The notes: generated from the letters alone by a model not told the origin. Counted from the first letter of the whole stretch, positions 37,350 through 51,930 are shown. The stretch is DNA of 63,042 nt, filler included, from Octopus bimaculoides (GCF_001194135.2; 6 parts of 6 records of this genome joined end to end with filler, not necessarily neighbours in it), one strand, 5' to 3'. Translations and numbers: made by a program.

Positions 37350-40300
37350 ATGACTGTAGTAATATTACGTGTTTGATGTAAACTATAACGTTGTGTCTAT
37401 GGCTTTCTGTAAGCTTTCCGAAACCATTGTAACAGCTGGCGTTCAACCGCAACAGTCTGGCGTCCTACAGATTGGAAGACCTTGTAGTATCTGTCATTTA
37501 ACCTGGAAATCTAGGTCAAGTAAATCAGTAGTTTATCTTGAACTAACTTTAAATATTTTGATATTAATCATTCAAAAATCAAAATAGTTCAATAAGCGTA
37601 TAACTTCGGTTCTTCACTTGAAGGGTCAGTTTAGGAATTGCATCGTTATTCTACTTCAAATCGTTTACTATTTTGATCTTTACTACAATGCCGAGAAGCA
37701 ATCATTTAGCTAAGTAGACACAGTAGTTTTTAAATTCATAATCCGTGTTTTCGCAAGGTCAAAATATGACCAAACAGACGATCATACTTTACAGTTTCTG
37801 CAAATCAAAATCCCGTAATAAGGTACCTGTGAGGTAGCTGTGGATGTAACGCACAGGTACCTCCAGGAGATTTCTTGCTCATAGCAGACACTTTATATTG
37901 TTTGGAGATTATATTTTTATCACAGTATTTTTCAGCCAGACCTTTTTCTACTTTTTTTTATCTGCACATGTATTACAAGAGTATGGAATATGCCTTAAGT
38001 GCATTTTCTGTCTTGTGCAATGAAACATCTCTGTCTGCTCTAACTTACTGCTCATATTTATACGCAGTTCGAAAAATTCGACCTGTTTTTGTCTCGCTAT
38101 TTTCAGCGGTCTATACACTCCGTTTTCTATTAATTCTTTATCAGCCGCTCATTGATTTTTTGGCCTCTGTAATGAGTTTCAACGTTTTAGTGTTTAAAAG
38201 TCTTGCTTTGAAACTCATTAATTGCTTTAATTTGCTACCACTCACTTCTACTCTTACTACATTAAGACTGCATCACGCACGAAACAAATGAATTTCATAT
38301 GTTCCTTCAAGTCCCAGGTAACTATACTTACTACATACACGACCAGCAAGTTTTCTATCTCAAACAGCTGGCTTAGATCATTCTTTTTCCCCCGATTAAG
38401 TGCATTTCTTTTTGTCCTGCAGTCTTGAAGATAATATTTTTCAATATATTTAGAAATGTCATCATTTGCATACATCTATTCTGCTCTAGGCACAAGGCCA
38501 GAAATTTGTGGGGATGGGGCTAGTCAATTAGATCGACCACCAGTATGCAACAGGTACTTAATTTATTGACCCCGAAAGGATGAAAGGCAAAATCAACCTC
38601 GGCAGAATTTGAACTCAGAACGTAAAGACAGACGAAATACCGCTAAGGATTTCGCCCGCCTTGCTAACGTTTCTGCCAGTCCGCTGCTTTATCGCATCAA
38701 GAATAAAGCTGCAAGGATGAAATCATCAGGTTCAATAATTTAGCCCTTTTTATAGATTCAGTGCTTTCGCTACCGTTTATCTTTAAAATATTTTACATTG
38801 AACGTTTCGTTTGTTCACCGGGGAAAAAACACCAATATGAAACGCATAAATATTTGATAATTGCGATCTCTATATAATAAAATATGTATAATGTCATTGT
38901 AAGTGTTCTATTGCTAAATAAAGTCATGCACAACAGAATATTCACCACTCAGAATTTAGTGAGGAAAATTGCTTTTTTATTTTATGCTTGGTGTCTCCCC
39001 TCCCCTTTCTCATCTAACCCAGACATCTAATCTAAAAACTGCAATTTCTTTTGCGGGGTGGCGGCGATAGAAAAGAATTGAATTTCATATTATCTGGCCT
39101 AGTTTAGGCCTGCCATAGCAATTATTAATTAATGAAGATCATATAAAAAACTAGTCTAATGACTAAACCACAGTAAGTTAAATATTCGGTGGATAACAGC
39201 TGTCCTACACGAAAACTAAGCCGTACTTCTCACGCCATTTGAGCTATCTATAATATATCGTCCTTGAATAGGAGACGTATATCTCAGGTAGCTAAAATGT
39301 TGATTATGTGAATTTATATCATGTATGTTTACTTAAAATTTCGCTGAGAAAAACGGCTAAACAAGCAAACTGAAGCATGTGACAAATCTATAGCACAACT
39401 GCGTGTGTGAGTCTAATTTCAAGATATTTAAACGATAAATGATAAACTATTGCCGCAATTATATACAGTACAATTAAAACATGTAGGCATTTGTTGTGTA
39501 CGAGAAAAGTCAGATGGCTTTTTGCCATTTAATTTTGCGTTAAATATGTATGTTCATCTGCAAGAATATTGTAATACATGTTCATACCCAAGACCTTATA
39601 AACCTACAGACCTCATGCTGATATATGAATCTAATATTCGAAACCATCTTTTGCTTTTGATAACTACGCAACCCAAAACACTTCTGCACATTGTTTTTAG
39701 CCAACCCTACTTGCATATTCAAAGCTTCAATACTTACCCTTGTGATACACATTGTAGATTACAAGGACCTACAAAAACCCGTAAATTATCTTCCAGGACG
39801 CAGTCTGGACAAATATATATTTGTAGAGAAGACCAACCGTTACCCGTACAGCACATCTCTATACGCATATTTCCAATGTTGTCGAAGGGAAAGGTAAGGG
39901 CTGATGATGCTTAGCATCAGGGCTGTCACAGGTGAAATAAGGAACCTAAAGTCATAGGAACAACTACTGCAAGTTATTTTGTCCTCCGCTCTAACACTTT
40001 TGATAATCCACAGTCCTGGATTGGTACCTCCTTATCGAAGCTCGAAGGATGAAAGATAAAGTTGAGCTCGGTGGAGTTTGTATTCAGAATATCTGATGTT
40101 CTAAAACTATCAACTATTTCTAAGAGAAAACATTTAGCAAAGTGTGATGCAAGCCATTCAGTTATTTGAGAATAAAATATTTATTGATGGACCAACAACA
40201 AATTAAGCGTCATGAATTATTTTTATCGTCAGCCATTTTCTGTAATAACTTGTTATGTAGGCACAAAGCCAGAAATTATTGGAGTAGGAACATTTAATTA

Positions 40301-40989
40301 TGTCAACTCTAGTACTTGACTAGGTAATGTATCATATTGACCCCCGGGGAATGGAAGTTAAACTTAATCTCGATGAGATTTGAATTCCTATACAGACGGA
40401 ATAAATACGAAAATTAATGTTTTTCCAAGCTTTAACGATCCTACTAATTACTCGTCCTCAACAAATTCTTTTAATAACGTTATCTGGTTAGTGAGGGTAG
40501 ATGCTACTGGCAGAATTGTTTGAGTACCAGACACCAAGCGTTTTAGGCTCGCTTTAATCGTTTCTACGTGCCCTACCAATGCGTGACATTGTTAGAGAAC
40601 AATATCATCTGAATATGGATGAGAATGGATTGGCAGGATCAAGGGTGCGTCGGACAAAATCATTTGGAGCATTTAGTTGTGGCTTTTTACCTTCAGGTTC
40701 AAATCCCAGAAATAAACCCTGACATTTCTCTTTCCAGAGTAGATAAAACAATGAGTAAATAAAGCTGGATTAATCATTTATACCCTCCTCCAAAACGTGT
40801 AACCTTGTCCCTATGTTAAGAATTAATATTGTCAGAATATGAAACCTATAATACTTACGTGGTTGGAGCGATGCAAGTTTTACATAAATTTTTGTTATGT
40901 GATTCATCCTGGCAGTTACGTGTTCCGTATTAATTGACAGTGGTAACAGTTTTTAGAAATCTCACAAGTATAGAGGGTCCCTTAGGGAC

Positions 40990-41360
40990 CACCTGAACTC
41001 CTTCGGTGCCAGAACACTTCGTAGGATTATGGCTTACCTTTGGTCGCATTTCGTATCTAACCAACGACTTTACTCAAAAATTGATATGCGTTCTGTTACT
41101 TGTATGATTCGGGAGCGCCAGCTCAGACTGATCGGCCATGTTAGTTTCCGAGTTAGTCCCTGAGGATCCGGCTGGGTTGATGATTCGAGTTGGTCAACTG
41201 GCCCCCTTGTCACAGCAGATGAAGAGCTATTTCGCAGAGATGGAGATTGACTGAGATTCTATTCGACAGGTTGCCCGGGACAACCCGGGAATATACCGAC
41301 AAATGGTGAATGCAGCAGCGCGCTTCAACGTCGCATGCTCCCGCACTTGAACTGAGCTGG
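40990..41360 (+). mobile_element. RTE / RTE-X LINE 3' end fragment
   Basis: Translation LRRIMAYLWSHFVSNQRLYSKIDMRSVTCMIRERQLRLIGHV is typical of an RTE-group ORF2 C-terminus. Confidence 0.75.
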
Positions 41361-42234
41361 TAACAGTTCAGTGAGGGAGCTTAGTTATGGTCGTTAATGC
41401 TTCTAGGGATAAGAAAAGATTATTTTATAACGATATTGAACACACACTATAACTTAATGTGGCCAGAGACACACACTTGACAAACAAATTCAGGTATATC
41501 AAATGACTGATATTTGATATACGTGCATTTATCTCTGTTGTTCAAATACCTGCCACTGGCCACTTCCATTTACTTATCTTAACACAGTTTTGTTTAACTT
41601 ATGCAGATTACCTTGTCTATAAATATGTTGTACTCTTTTTGTCTAAATCTAAGTTACTTGGCAATTAGAGATAAGATCAGAAAATTGTCGTGCTAACGGT
41701 GACCATCGAGGCAGAAACATGTGTGTTAATGTCTCCAAACAATAAGCTTGTACTTTTCCGTAAGGGAATGTCATCTTTGAAAAATTCTTGATTTTTTAGA
41801 TTATCTTCCCTTCTCAAATGGAGTTGATCTTAATTGTCATTTGATAATTGTGACACATCTACCAGCGGTGGAAGTGGGTTTAATAAATCGAGAATTAATG
41901 TTGTATAGTATTTGAAACACCTGTATTTGCACCCCCATAATCACACACCCACACACCGTGCGTGTGTGTAGACAAATATAGGTGTATTAAATCTATATAT
42001 ATCACCGTAGGTTTGCCAACAAAGACATACTACAAGACAACTGTACGATAAACGGAAGCGTTATAGCGCTGCGAATTTCTCGTAGTTACTGTGTCTAGTT
42101 ACTTAACCCTGCTGCGACATAATCGTTACTATTTAACCTTGCTATCGGCTCGATATCGAAGCCTGGCTATGGAGGCGAATGATGCTTCCAAGGCTAAAGT
42201 ATCATATATGTCTGTAGTATAATTTCGATTAAGT

Positions 42235-42621
42235 GGAGGCGCAATGGCCCAGTGGTTAGGGCAGCGGACTAGCAGTCATAGGATCGTGGTTTCGATTCCC
42301 AGACCGGGCGTTGTGAGTGTTTACTGAGCGAAAACACCTAATGCTCCACGAGACTCAGGCAGGGGATCATGGCGAACCCTGCTGTACTCTTCCACCACAA
42401 ATTTCTCTCACTCTTTCTTCCTGTTTCTGTTGTACCTGTAATTCAAAGGGTCAGCCTTGTCACACTGTGTCACGCTGAATATTCCTGAGAACTACGTTAA
42501 GGGTACACGTGTCTGTGGAGTGCTCAGTCACTTGCACGTTAATTTTACGAGCAGGCTGTTCCGTTGATCGGATCAACTGGAACCCTCGACGTCGTAAGCG
42601 ACGGAGTGCCAACAACAACAA
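42235..42621 (+). mobile_element. Full-length SINE family C with target-site duplication
   Basis: A box tggcccagtgg, B box ggtttcgattcc and a (caa)n tail. aatttcgat(t/g)aa lies on both sides (42221 and 42620). Another copy is at 47952-48220. Confidence 0.9.
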
Positions 42622-42709
42622 TTTCGATGAATACGTAACTGTTATATATTATTCAAAAAACAAATACTTGTTGAATTTCATACAATATTATTACATCTAG
42701 TCCAAAAGT

Positions 42710-43160
42710 GGCGAGCTGGCAGAATTGTTAGTACGTCAGACGAAAATGCTTAGCGGTATTTCGCCCATCACTACGTTCAGAGTTCAAATTCCGCCGAGGT
42801 CGACTTTACCATTCATCCTTTCGACGTCGATAAACTAAGGACCAGTTGATCATTGGGGTCAATGTAATCGACTCAGTCCCCTCCTCACAAATTGCTGCCC
42901 TTGTGGCAAAATTTGAAATCATTATTACTTCTAATCCGAAGGCGGTGAGCTGGCATAATCGTTAGCACGCTGGGCGCAAGGGTTAACGGTATTTCATATG
43001 CCGCTACGTTCTGAGTTCAAATACCACCGAGATTGACTTCGCCATTCATCCCTTTGAGGTGGATAAATTAAGTACCTGTGAAACACTGGTTTCAATGTAA
43101 ACGACTAGCCCCACTCCCCACAAAAAATTCAGGCCTTGTGCCTGAAATAGAAATGATTAT
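42710..43160 (+). mobile_element. Two head-to-tail SINE family A copies
   Basis: ggcgagctggcagaattgttag... and ggcggtgagctggcataatcgttagc..., both ending in gaaa...attattac(a/t)tcta(g/a)tcc. Confidence 0.85.
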
Positions 43161-43196
43161 TACATCTAGTCCGGTGTCGTGAGAGAGAGAGAAAGA

Positions 43197-43234
<38 letters not shown>

Positions 43235-44199
43235 GTACAGGTCAGATAGCTTCTAAATAATCTTTCCTACCCTAGGCACAAGGCCCGAAATTTGGGGGGA
43301 AGGAACTAATCGATTAAGCTGATCTCAGTACGCAACTGGTACTTAACTTATCGACCCCGTAAGGATGAAAGGCAAAGTCGACCTCGGCGGAATTTGAACT
43401 CAGTACGTAACGGCAGATGAACTACTGCTAAGCATTTCGCCCGGCGTGCTAACGTTTCCGTCATCTCGCCGCCTTATGGCTTCTGAATAAAAGGAATATT
43501 TAGATCAATGACTAATGCTTGATTTCATAATTCGATGGGCGTTTTATTCAGTTAAAGATTAGCTTTTGCTATTCCAGGAGATCAATACTTTTATCAACTC
43601 AGACATTAAAATATGTTTTACTGCTTTCGCTTTCTCTCTATTCTTTTCTCCTCCATCTCGTTCTCTATCTATCGATTATCGTATCTCTGATACTGTCTCC
43701 ATATTTTCCCCTCTCACAATGTCTCTATGTATGGATCTATTCATTTTCTCTTTCTCTTTCTCATTTTCCATCCCCTCCACTCCCCCTCCTCCCTCCCTCC
43801 CACCCTCTCTTACTGTACACATACGCACATAAATACATATAGGCGCAGGAGTGGCTGTGTGGTNNNNNNNNNNNNNNNNNNNNNNNNNNNNNNNNNNNNN
43901 NNNNNNNTTAATTAATTAANNNNNNNNNNNNNNNNNNNNNNNNNNNNNNNNNNNNNNNNNNNNGGAAAAGAAGATATAAGATTGCCAGGTTTTTGTCTCT
44001 CTCGCCAAGGTCAGCAGCTATCGGGCGCCGACGAAGGGAAATAATCCTGAAATCCGGATACTTCGTGCTGCAGATCGAGGTGAGAGGGATAACTTCCCTT
44101 GGCAAACAGGACACAGTCGTGTGTCGATAAGCCAGCTGGAGGAGATGTCCTCCTGGGGCTAAAAGCAACAGTAACATCCACCCCTAGGGGTCAGCCACA

Positions 44200-44219
44200 C
44201 TTAAGTGGCAATATACTAC

Positions 44220-44257
<38 letters not shown>

Positions 44258-44442
44258 ATGATAGATCGATACCATTACACATTCTTTTTTTTTTCTCTCC
44301 TTGTTTCTTTCTGTGTTCCTCTCTGTGGAAGAGCGTAGGCTCGAAACGTTAAAGCCTTTTTCACTTCCAGAGTTTTATACTAATACATCTATTTGTTGTC
44401 TACACCACCTGTCTTCGTCTTATGTTTTTTTGTGAATTTTCC

Positions 44443-44478
<36 letters not shown>

Positions 44479-44720
44479 AAAAGGAAAGCAAAACAAATTT
44501 TAAATTTTACCTTATATTTTTATATTTCGGGGTTATGACTCCTTCTTCAGGATTTGCGGAAAAGCTTAGGGCATTTCCATGTGTCCTGAGGAAGGGGTCG
44601 TAACCCCGACGTATAGAAATATTAAGTAAAACCCCAACTTTGTTTTGTTTTCCTTTTTACTTCTTCTATTGTTCAGGCGTTACCCAAGAAGCCTCTTTAA
44701 TGTAATATCACACAATGATT
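44200..44720. mobile_element. Penelope-like pLTR remnants in inverted arrangement with hammerhead-like cores
   Basis: 44525-44551 and 44585-44611 form an imperfect inverted repeat of CTGANGA-stem II-GAAA. A third motif gagcgtaggctcgaaac lies at 44331-44347. Confidence 0.55.
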
Positions 44721-45070
44721 CACCAAGACTACGCCACTTTGATATATACATACACTCGATAAGAATACCCAATCGTACTACACGTCTTTTCACCAGTGTA
44801 CACAAATGTTTTGTGCTTGTGTGTGTGTGTGAGTGTGTGTTTTGACTGAACACCTTATGCACACAGATTACTACTCTAAATTAAGAGTTTATTATTTTCC
44901 TACGATCATGGTAGCCTCGCCATTTTTGGAGTAGTGATCTGTGAAGATGCAGGTTTGAATAAATCTTATTCCACTCTATCTTAAGTTTATTGGGTACTCG
45001 ATCACTTTATCGCATCCACAACTATGTTATCGTCCTTTATGTATGTGCGCGTGTTTACACACAGACACAT

Positions 45071-45108
<38 letters not shown>

Positions 45109-46269
45109 ACAAACACACACACATACACACATACATATATATTTTTGTTTGTGAGAGAGCGTGAGTTCTTATAATGATATGAAAACACCTACATAACCAT
45201 ATTTACACATGCACACTCTTTCATATATATATATATATATTTCATATATATATATATATTTATATANNNNNNNNNNNNNNNNNNNNNNNNNNNNNNNNNN
45301 NNNNNNNNNNNNNNNNNNNNNNNNNNNNNNNNNNNNNNNNNNNNNNNNNNNNNNNNNNNNNNNNNNNNNNNNNNNNNNNNNNNNNNNNNNNNNNNNNNNN
45401 NNNNNNNNNNNNNNNNNNNNNNNNNNNNNNNNNNNNNNNNNNNNNNNNNNNNNNNNNNNNNNNNNNNNNNNNNNNNNNNNNNNNNNNNNNNNNNNNNNNN
45501 NNNNNNNNNNNNNATATTATATATATATATATATACACATACATACAAACATATATATATCACCACTTATATACGTGTGTACATAATTGTTTCTCGATTC
45601 CGACGCGGAAACATGCTGTAGTCATCCATCAAGACCGGGATAAACACCAACTTTCGCTGTCTGATAGCTAACATCAAAGTTGTCCTCTCCCATACCACCT
45701 CCTCCTCTTCCTCTTCCTCCCCTTCCATATCCTCCTCCTCCTCCTCCTTCTCCCTCTCCCTCTCCTGCTATAAGCTCCATAAATACCTGATACTATCTCA
45801 GTTTAGTGGGTTATTAACACAGCACCTGATATCACCCTACAACCAACCGTCATCTCTCCCCCAAGATAACAATCCGATCAACTCATATGATGTTCCAACG
45901 CGTCATTTTCACTTGAGAGTCTATTCTATTCACAATATTTGTGCTTATACATTTTTGCAACCACGTGTGTGTGTTTATATTTATATAGCCATAATGTGTG
46001 TGTTTCTATGTGTATTTATATATACAGATGTATTAGCTTCCGTTAATGTCCGTTGAATAAAAACAACCGAGAGGAAAACCGTTAATGTTTGAAACGGTTA
46101 ATAATTTGCACTTTATTGTTTTTCTTTAGCATAATTAGCTCCTCAGTGATTATACACACACATACACATGCAAACACACATGCTCACACATACATACATG
46201 CACAAACACACACATACTAATGTATATAAACATATACATCCTTGTGTGTATTTGTATGTCTCTGTGGAG

Positions 46270-46330
<61 letters not shown>

Positions 46331-49082
46331 AGTATGTATATATAAGTCCTGGGGTCGATTTACTCGACTAAAGGCGGTGCTCCAGTATGGCCACAGTCAA
46401 ATGACTGAAACAAGTAAAAGAGTAAAAGAGTAAAAGAGAGTAAAGAGTATATATNNNNNNNNNNNNNNNNNNNNNNNNNNNNNNNNNNNNNNNNNNNNNN
46501 NNNNNNNNNNNNNNNNNNNNNNNNNNNNNNNNNNNNNNNNNNNNNNNNNNNNNNNNNNNNNNNNNNNNNNNNNNNNNNNNNNNNNNNNNNNNNNNNNNNN
46601 NNNNNNNNNNNNNNNNNNNNNNNNNNNNNNNNNNNNNNNNNNNNNNNNNNNNNNNNNNNNNNNNNNNNNNNNNNNNNNNNNNNNNNNNNNNNNNNNNNNN
46701 NNNNNNNNNNNNNNNNNNNNNNNNNNNNNNNNNNNNNNNNNNNNNNNNNNNNNNNNNNNNNNNNNNNNNNNNNNNNNNNNNNNNNNNNNNNNNNNNNNNN
46801 NNNNNNNNNNNNNNNNNNNNNNNNNNNNNNNNNNNNNNNNNNNNNNNNNNNNNNNNNNNNNNNNNNNNNNNNNNNNNNNNNNNNNNNNNNNNNNNNNNNN
46901 NNNNNNNNNNNNNNNNNNNNNNNNNNNNNNNNNNNNNNNNNNNNNNNNNNNNNNNNNNNNNNNNNNNNNNNNNNNNNNNNNNNNNNNNNNNNNNNNNNNN
47001 NNNNNNNNNNNNNNNNNNNNNNNNNNNNNNNNNNNNNNNNNNNNNNNNNNNNNNNNNNNNNNNNNNNNNNNNNNNNNNNNNNNNNNNNNNNNNNNNNNNN
47101 NNNNNNNNNNNNNNNNNNNNNNNNNNNNNNNNNNNNGTTTTAAATACAAGTTGAACGAAGTTTAAGTTTAAAATAATAATGAAGATAAAATTAGTACATA
47201 TTTAACCGGTGTAATAGTTAAAGCTATACTATTTAAAGCTAAAGACGTTTATTTAATTATGATTAAAGATCATATATATATATATATATATATATAAATA
47301 TATAATTAAACAATAGGGTAAAAAAATTGGATATTAATAAATATCAATTTAATACCAGGTAACTAGCACGGATATTTTCGGTAAGAAAATGTTAATTTCG
47401 AAACATATGTTTACAGATAACTGTATTTTTTTGTGTAATTTTCACTGGTCTTGCCCGCTTTACGTTTTTGTTGCTCCGCTAAATTCACTTTGAGAATTAT
47501 TCGGTCTTAGTGGACACATGACATGTGATCTTCTTCTAGCACATTAGCAGTCCACCTAATGGCCTCCTTTATGTATACTCGTATATATTTTTATATAAAT
47601 ATATATATATATACATACATACATACATACATACATACATACATGCATACATACATACATATATACGTATGTATAAGCATGTATATCTGTAACAATATGT
47701 GTATATATGCATATATGTATGTATGTCTTTGTGTACATGGTGGCTTTACGCTCTTACGTACTGCAATTAAGTGGAAAATATAATGAATCCCGTTAGAAAG
47801 GCGAAAATAATCACAGGTGAATATGTACGCGTTGCTACAAGAAACAGAATCTGTCACCTGATGTTGTAACTCGTGAAACTTTATAACGTGCGCTAAATAT
47901 AGTTGCGATTGGATAAAGCTGGAAGCAATTTGGTTGTAAATATCCTCTTAAGGACAGTGCATGGCTTAGTGGTTAGAGTATTCTCGGCGACGCTTTATTT
48001 CACTTTGCTCCAGTCCACTCAGCTGGTAGAAATGAGTAGTACCTGTATTTCACAGGGCCGGCCTTGTCGCATTCTGTGTCACGCTGAATTCCTTTGAGAA
48101 CTACGGTAAGGGCACACCTGTCTGTGGAGTACTCAGCCACTTACACGTTAATTTCACGAGCTGGGTGTTCTGTTGGTCGGATCAAATAGAACTCTTGTCG
48201 TCGTAACCGACGGAATGCCAGTATGGGTTTCAATGTATAAGGGAAATTGTAAAACTGATTATGCATATTATAAGTGTGTGTCTGTTCATATATATCAGGA
48301 AATTCCTTGTTTTGTCAAATACATTCCTCAAACACTACGAATATCCGCAGAGTGTTTACAGTTATAATCAAGAATGGAGTGAACAAAGCTTTTTATTACA
48401 TGAGATGAAATTCATATGAAACAAGTCTCAATTGTTTCATCTGAATTCGATCTCATGAATATTGCTATTTTACGCAAAAATATATGCATCTGTTGACACA
48501 CACACACACACATGTATGTATGCATATATATGTATATATATATATNNNNNNNNNNNNNNNNNNNNNNNNNNNNNNNNNNNNNNNNNNNNNNNNNNNNNNN
48601 NNNNNNNNNNNNNNNNNNNNNNNNNNNNNNNNNNNNNNNNNNNNNNNNNNNNNNNNNNNNNNNNNNNNNNNNNNNNNNNNNNNNNNNNNNNNNNNNNNNN
48701 NNNNNNNNNNNNNNNNNNNNNNNNNNNNNNNNNNNNNNNNNNNNNNNNNNNNNNNNNNNNNNNNNNNNNNNNNNNNNNNNNNNNNNNNNNNNNNNNNNNN
48801 NNNNNNNNNNNNNNNNNNNNNNNNNNNNNNNNNNNNNNNNNNNNNNNNNNNNNNNNNNNNNNNNNNNNNNNNNNNNNNNNNNNNNNNNNNNNNNNNNNNN
48901 NNNNNNNNNNNNNNNNNNNNNNNNNNNNNNNNNNNNNNNNNNNNNNNNNNNNNNNNNNNNNNNNNNNNNNNNNNNNNNNNNNNNNNNNNNNNNNNNNNNN
49001 NNNNNNNNNNNNNNNNNNNNNNNNNNNNNNNNNNNNNNNNNNNNNNNNNNNNNNNNNNNNNNNNNNNNNNNNNNNNNNNNNN

Positions 49083-49132
<50 letters not shown>

Positions 49133-51149
49133 GCACACACACATGCACACACACAGAAATATACACATATATATATATATACACACATATGTATATATGT
49201 ATATGTACGCATATCAGTGCAATACCAAAGAGGCCTCACATTTAACAGACGTTATGCCATGAGGCCAACCTGAGTTTTATCATCTTTTTCCTTAATATTA
49301 TACTCAAACTAAACATCGCAACAGTCATTACTTATACCTCCCCCCTCTCTCTCTCCTTTCTCACCTCTTTCTACTCTCTCTCTCTTCTCTCTATCCCCCT
49401 CTCTCGCCCTAAATCATGTTCAATTCCACACATACCCCACGCTTGACGTGTTCACACATTCCTAGCCTCTATTAACGTCCTGTAATTAGTCTCCAGTTGA
49501 TGAGAAACTAACTGTTACTACTGTCTTCATCTTTCCAGCCAGATTTGCTCCGCCTCCAAAAATCTAATTCGTCTTTAACAACAGAGCTTCTACGGGTTCC
49601 TCCAATCTACTCTAATAGCAACCAAATATCTATCAGATCACAGATAATCCATTGGATAATGAAGTCCCAGATAAATTATTTAATCTCAAAACAAATGAAT
49701 CTCCCCCATCACACACACGTTAACCGATGTACAACTTTGTATATTTACTTAAGGATTTCCCTATTACAACTTTGGTAGATACAAAGCACAAATCTTCACT
49801 GAGGAAGGCATAAGGATTTCTAATTTAGTTTAAAAAGTAGTGATTTTTGAGGGAAGGGATCAGGCGGTTATATTGAAACTTACACCATCCCACCCCAGAA
49901 CTTCACTGGTATTTTATATTATCGATCCCATGCGGATGAAACACACATTTAGCATCGGTTGTGTTTGAACTAAGAACTTAAAGAGCCAGGAGAAACGCGG
50001 CGAAGTATCTCTGCCGACCACCTTATTCTTATTTCTTTATTGCCCGCAAACTATTCTTATTTCTTTATTGCCCACATACAGGGGACAAACAAGGACAGAC
50101 AAAGGGATTAAGTCGATTACATCGACCCCAGTGTGTAACTGGTACTTAATTTATCGACCCCGAAAGGATGAAAGGCAAAGTCGACCTCGGCGGAATTTGA
50201 ACTCAGAACGTAGCGGCAGACGAAATACCGCTAAGCATTTCACCCGGCGTGCTAACGATTCTGCCAGCTCACCGACCTTACTGAGGAAATCATAATAAAA
50301 CCGAAACTATCCGGATATGTCTCACCGACTTTCCGAAATATCGTGTTCTTTACCCGATATACTAACAGTATCTCGCAGTAAATTATCCAATAAGTTATCT
50401 CTTGTGTGGGTGGAGTGAGCTTTTGGCTGTTATTTCTCACATATAAAGCCAGTACGAAGATACACCCTCATTATATCACTGAGGTGTCTATTTGTCCAGT
50501 TGTTAAAACGGTTAAGAATTGGACAATAAAAGATATAATCCCTAAACTGGAAAAGTCTTGAAATACTAACAAACATATGTTTAACTTATGTTTGTAGCAA
50601 ATGTGGATTTATGTGTGTGTATGTATGTATGTATATATGGATTATGTATGTATGTATATATATATGTGTGTGTGTGTGTATGTATGTGTGTGTGTGTGTG
50701 TGTGTCTGTGTGTCTGTGTCTGTGTGTATACGAGGGTACACGCACTTCTCACATGCACGTGCATACGTATACATGCTTTATAAACGCCCTCACATTCACA
50801 CACACAAACATAAATACGTAGAGAGAGAGGAAGAGAGAGGTGGAGACCGGTGTTGCAGAAACAGAAAAACACTATATTCATAGTTATATATTAGTTCTGT
50901 TTTATCAATTATATACCCTGGACAATAAGCTACCCCATTAGTATTGGGCTATCTTTAGAACCGACAACAATAACAAACTAATTATGTATACGCATTCATT
51001 AAACTCTTAGATTTCAAAGCAAATATTTAAATGTAGATCTTTTTAACATTACCGCCGTCACAAACTTTTTAACCATTCACAGACCCTCACGCACCCCACA
51101 CATACACACAATACAAAATATACAAATGCTGCTATAGTACCCGGCAAAA

Positions 51150-51930
51150 ATGACGGTGTTTATTTCAATATTTCATAATATTTCTGCTGCAAGCCTTCTA
51201 TCATTTGCCTCTTGTGCAGTTTGGTTATGTTGAGGGCTTAAATTATCCTGGAGGGATACTCACTTGTACGGACTTTCAGAACCTTAGTTGAGTACTGTCC
51301 AGTTTGGGAGCAGATAATAATCTGTTGTTTGCTTGCTTGTTTGTTTGTTTGTTTGTTTGTTTGTTTGTTTGTTTATTTGTTTTTGTCTTTTTTTTGTTTT
51401 GTTTTGTTTTTCTGTCATTTAGTTGAAAAAGACAAGATTACTTGACGCGATGAAGAGGATGTTCTCAACGTTTCAGAAGTTAGATTTGGCTGGAGATGTT
51501 TAGGCTGCTGGTAGGTGAATGTGGGGTGCTGTAGATTAAGAACGAATGTCAGCTGGTATCATCTGCATAGGGGTGGGCGCTTTTGGAATTGAAGATAAGT
51601 CAATCATTGAATGACAAGAAGTAGGTTAATGATGTACCGGAAGTAAATCATTGATATGCAGGAAGAATAGCGCGGGTATAGAAAGCTGCAACGGAAGACT
51701 GAGGTACATTGGGGGTCTATAGAGTATGGATCAGAAATCATTTAGGAGACATTGCGATTGTACGATCTGACGGGGAACCACTGATCCAAAGATCTAGAGA
51801 CGGGTGGAATCAGCTTCTCTGATGTTAATGGCAACAACACTTTTCTTAAATTTCTCGTGGTTCAGAGTTAGATGGTGAGGTAGGGGGGGGTCTTCATTTG
51901 ATCTGGACTCACGAAATCTGTATTGGTTGT
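51150..51930 (-). mobile_element. CR1/Jockey-group LINE reverse transcriptase remnant
   Basis: Minus-strand YADD at 51569-51558, preceded by PQSSV...PALFFLHINDLLP (a GVPQGSVLSP.LF...INDL-like motif). Confidence 0.75.

Noticed and set aside
35488-42310. tRNA genes suggested by A/B boxes (35488, 42235, 33247, 47952)
   Set aside because: These are tRNA-derived SINE heads followed by shared SINE bodies, with no complete cloverleaf.
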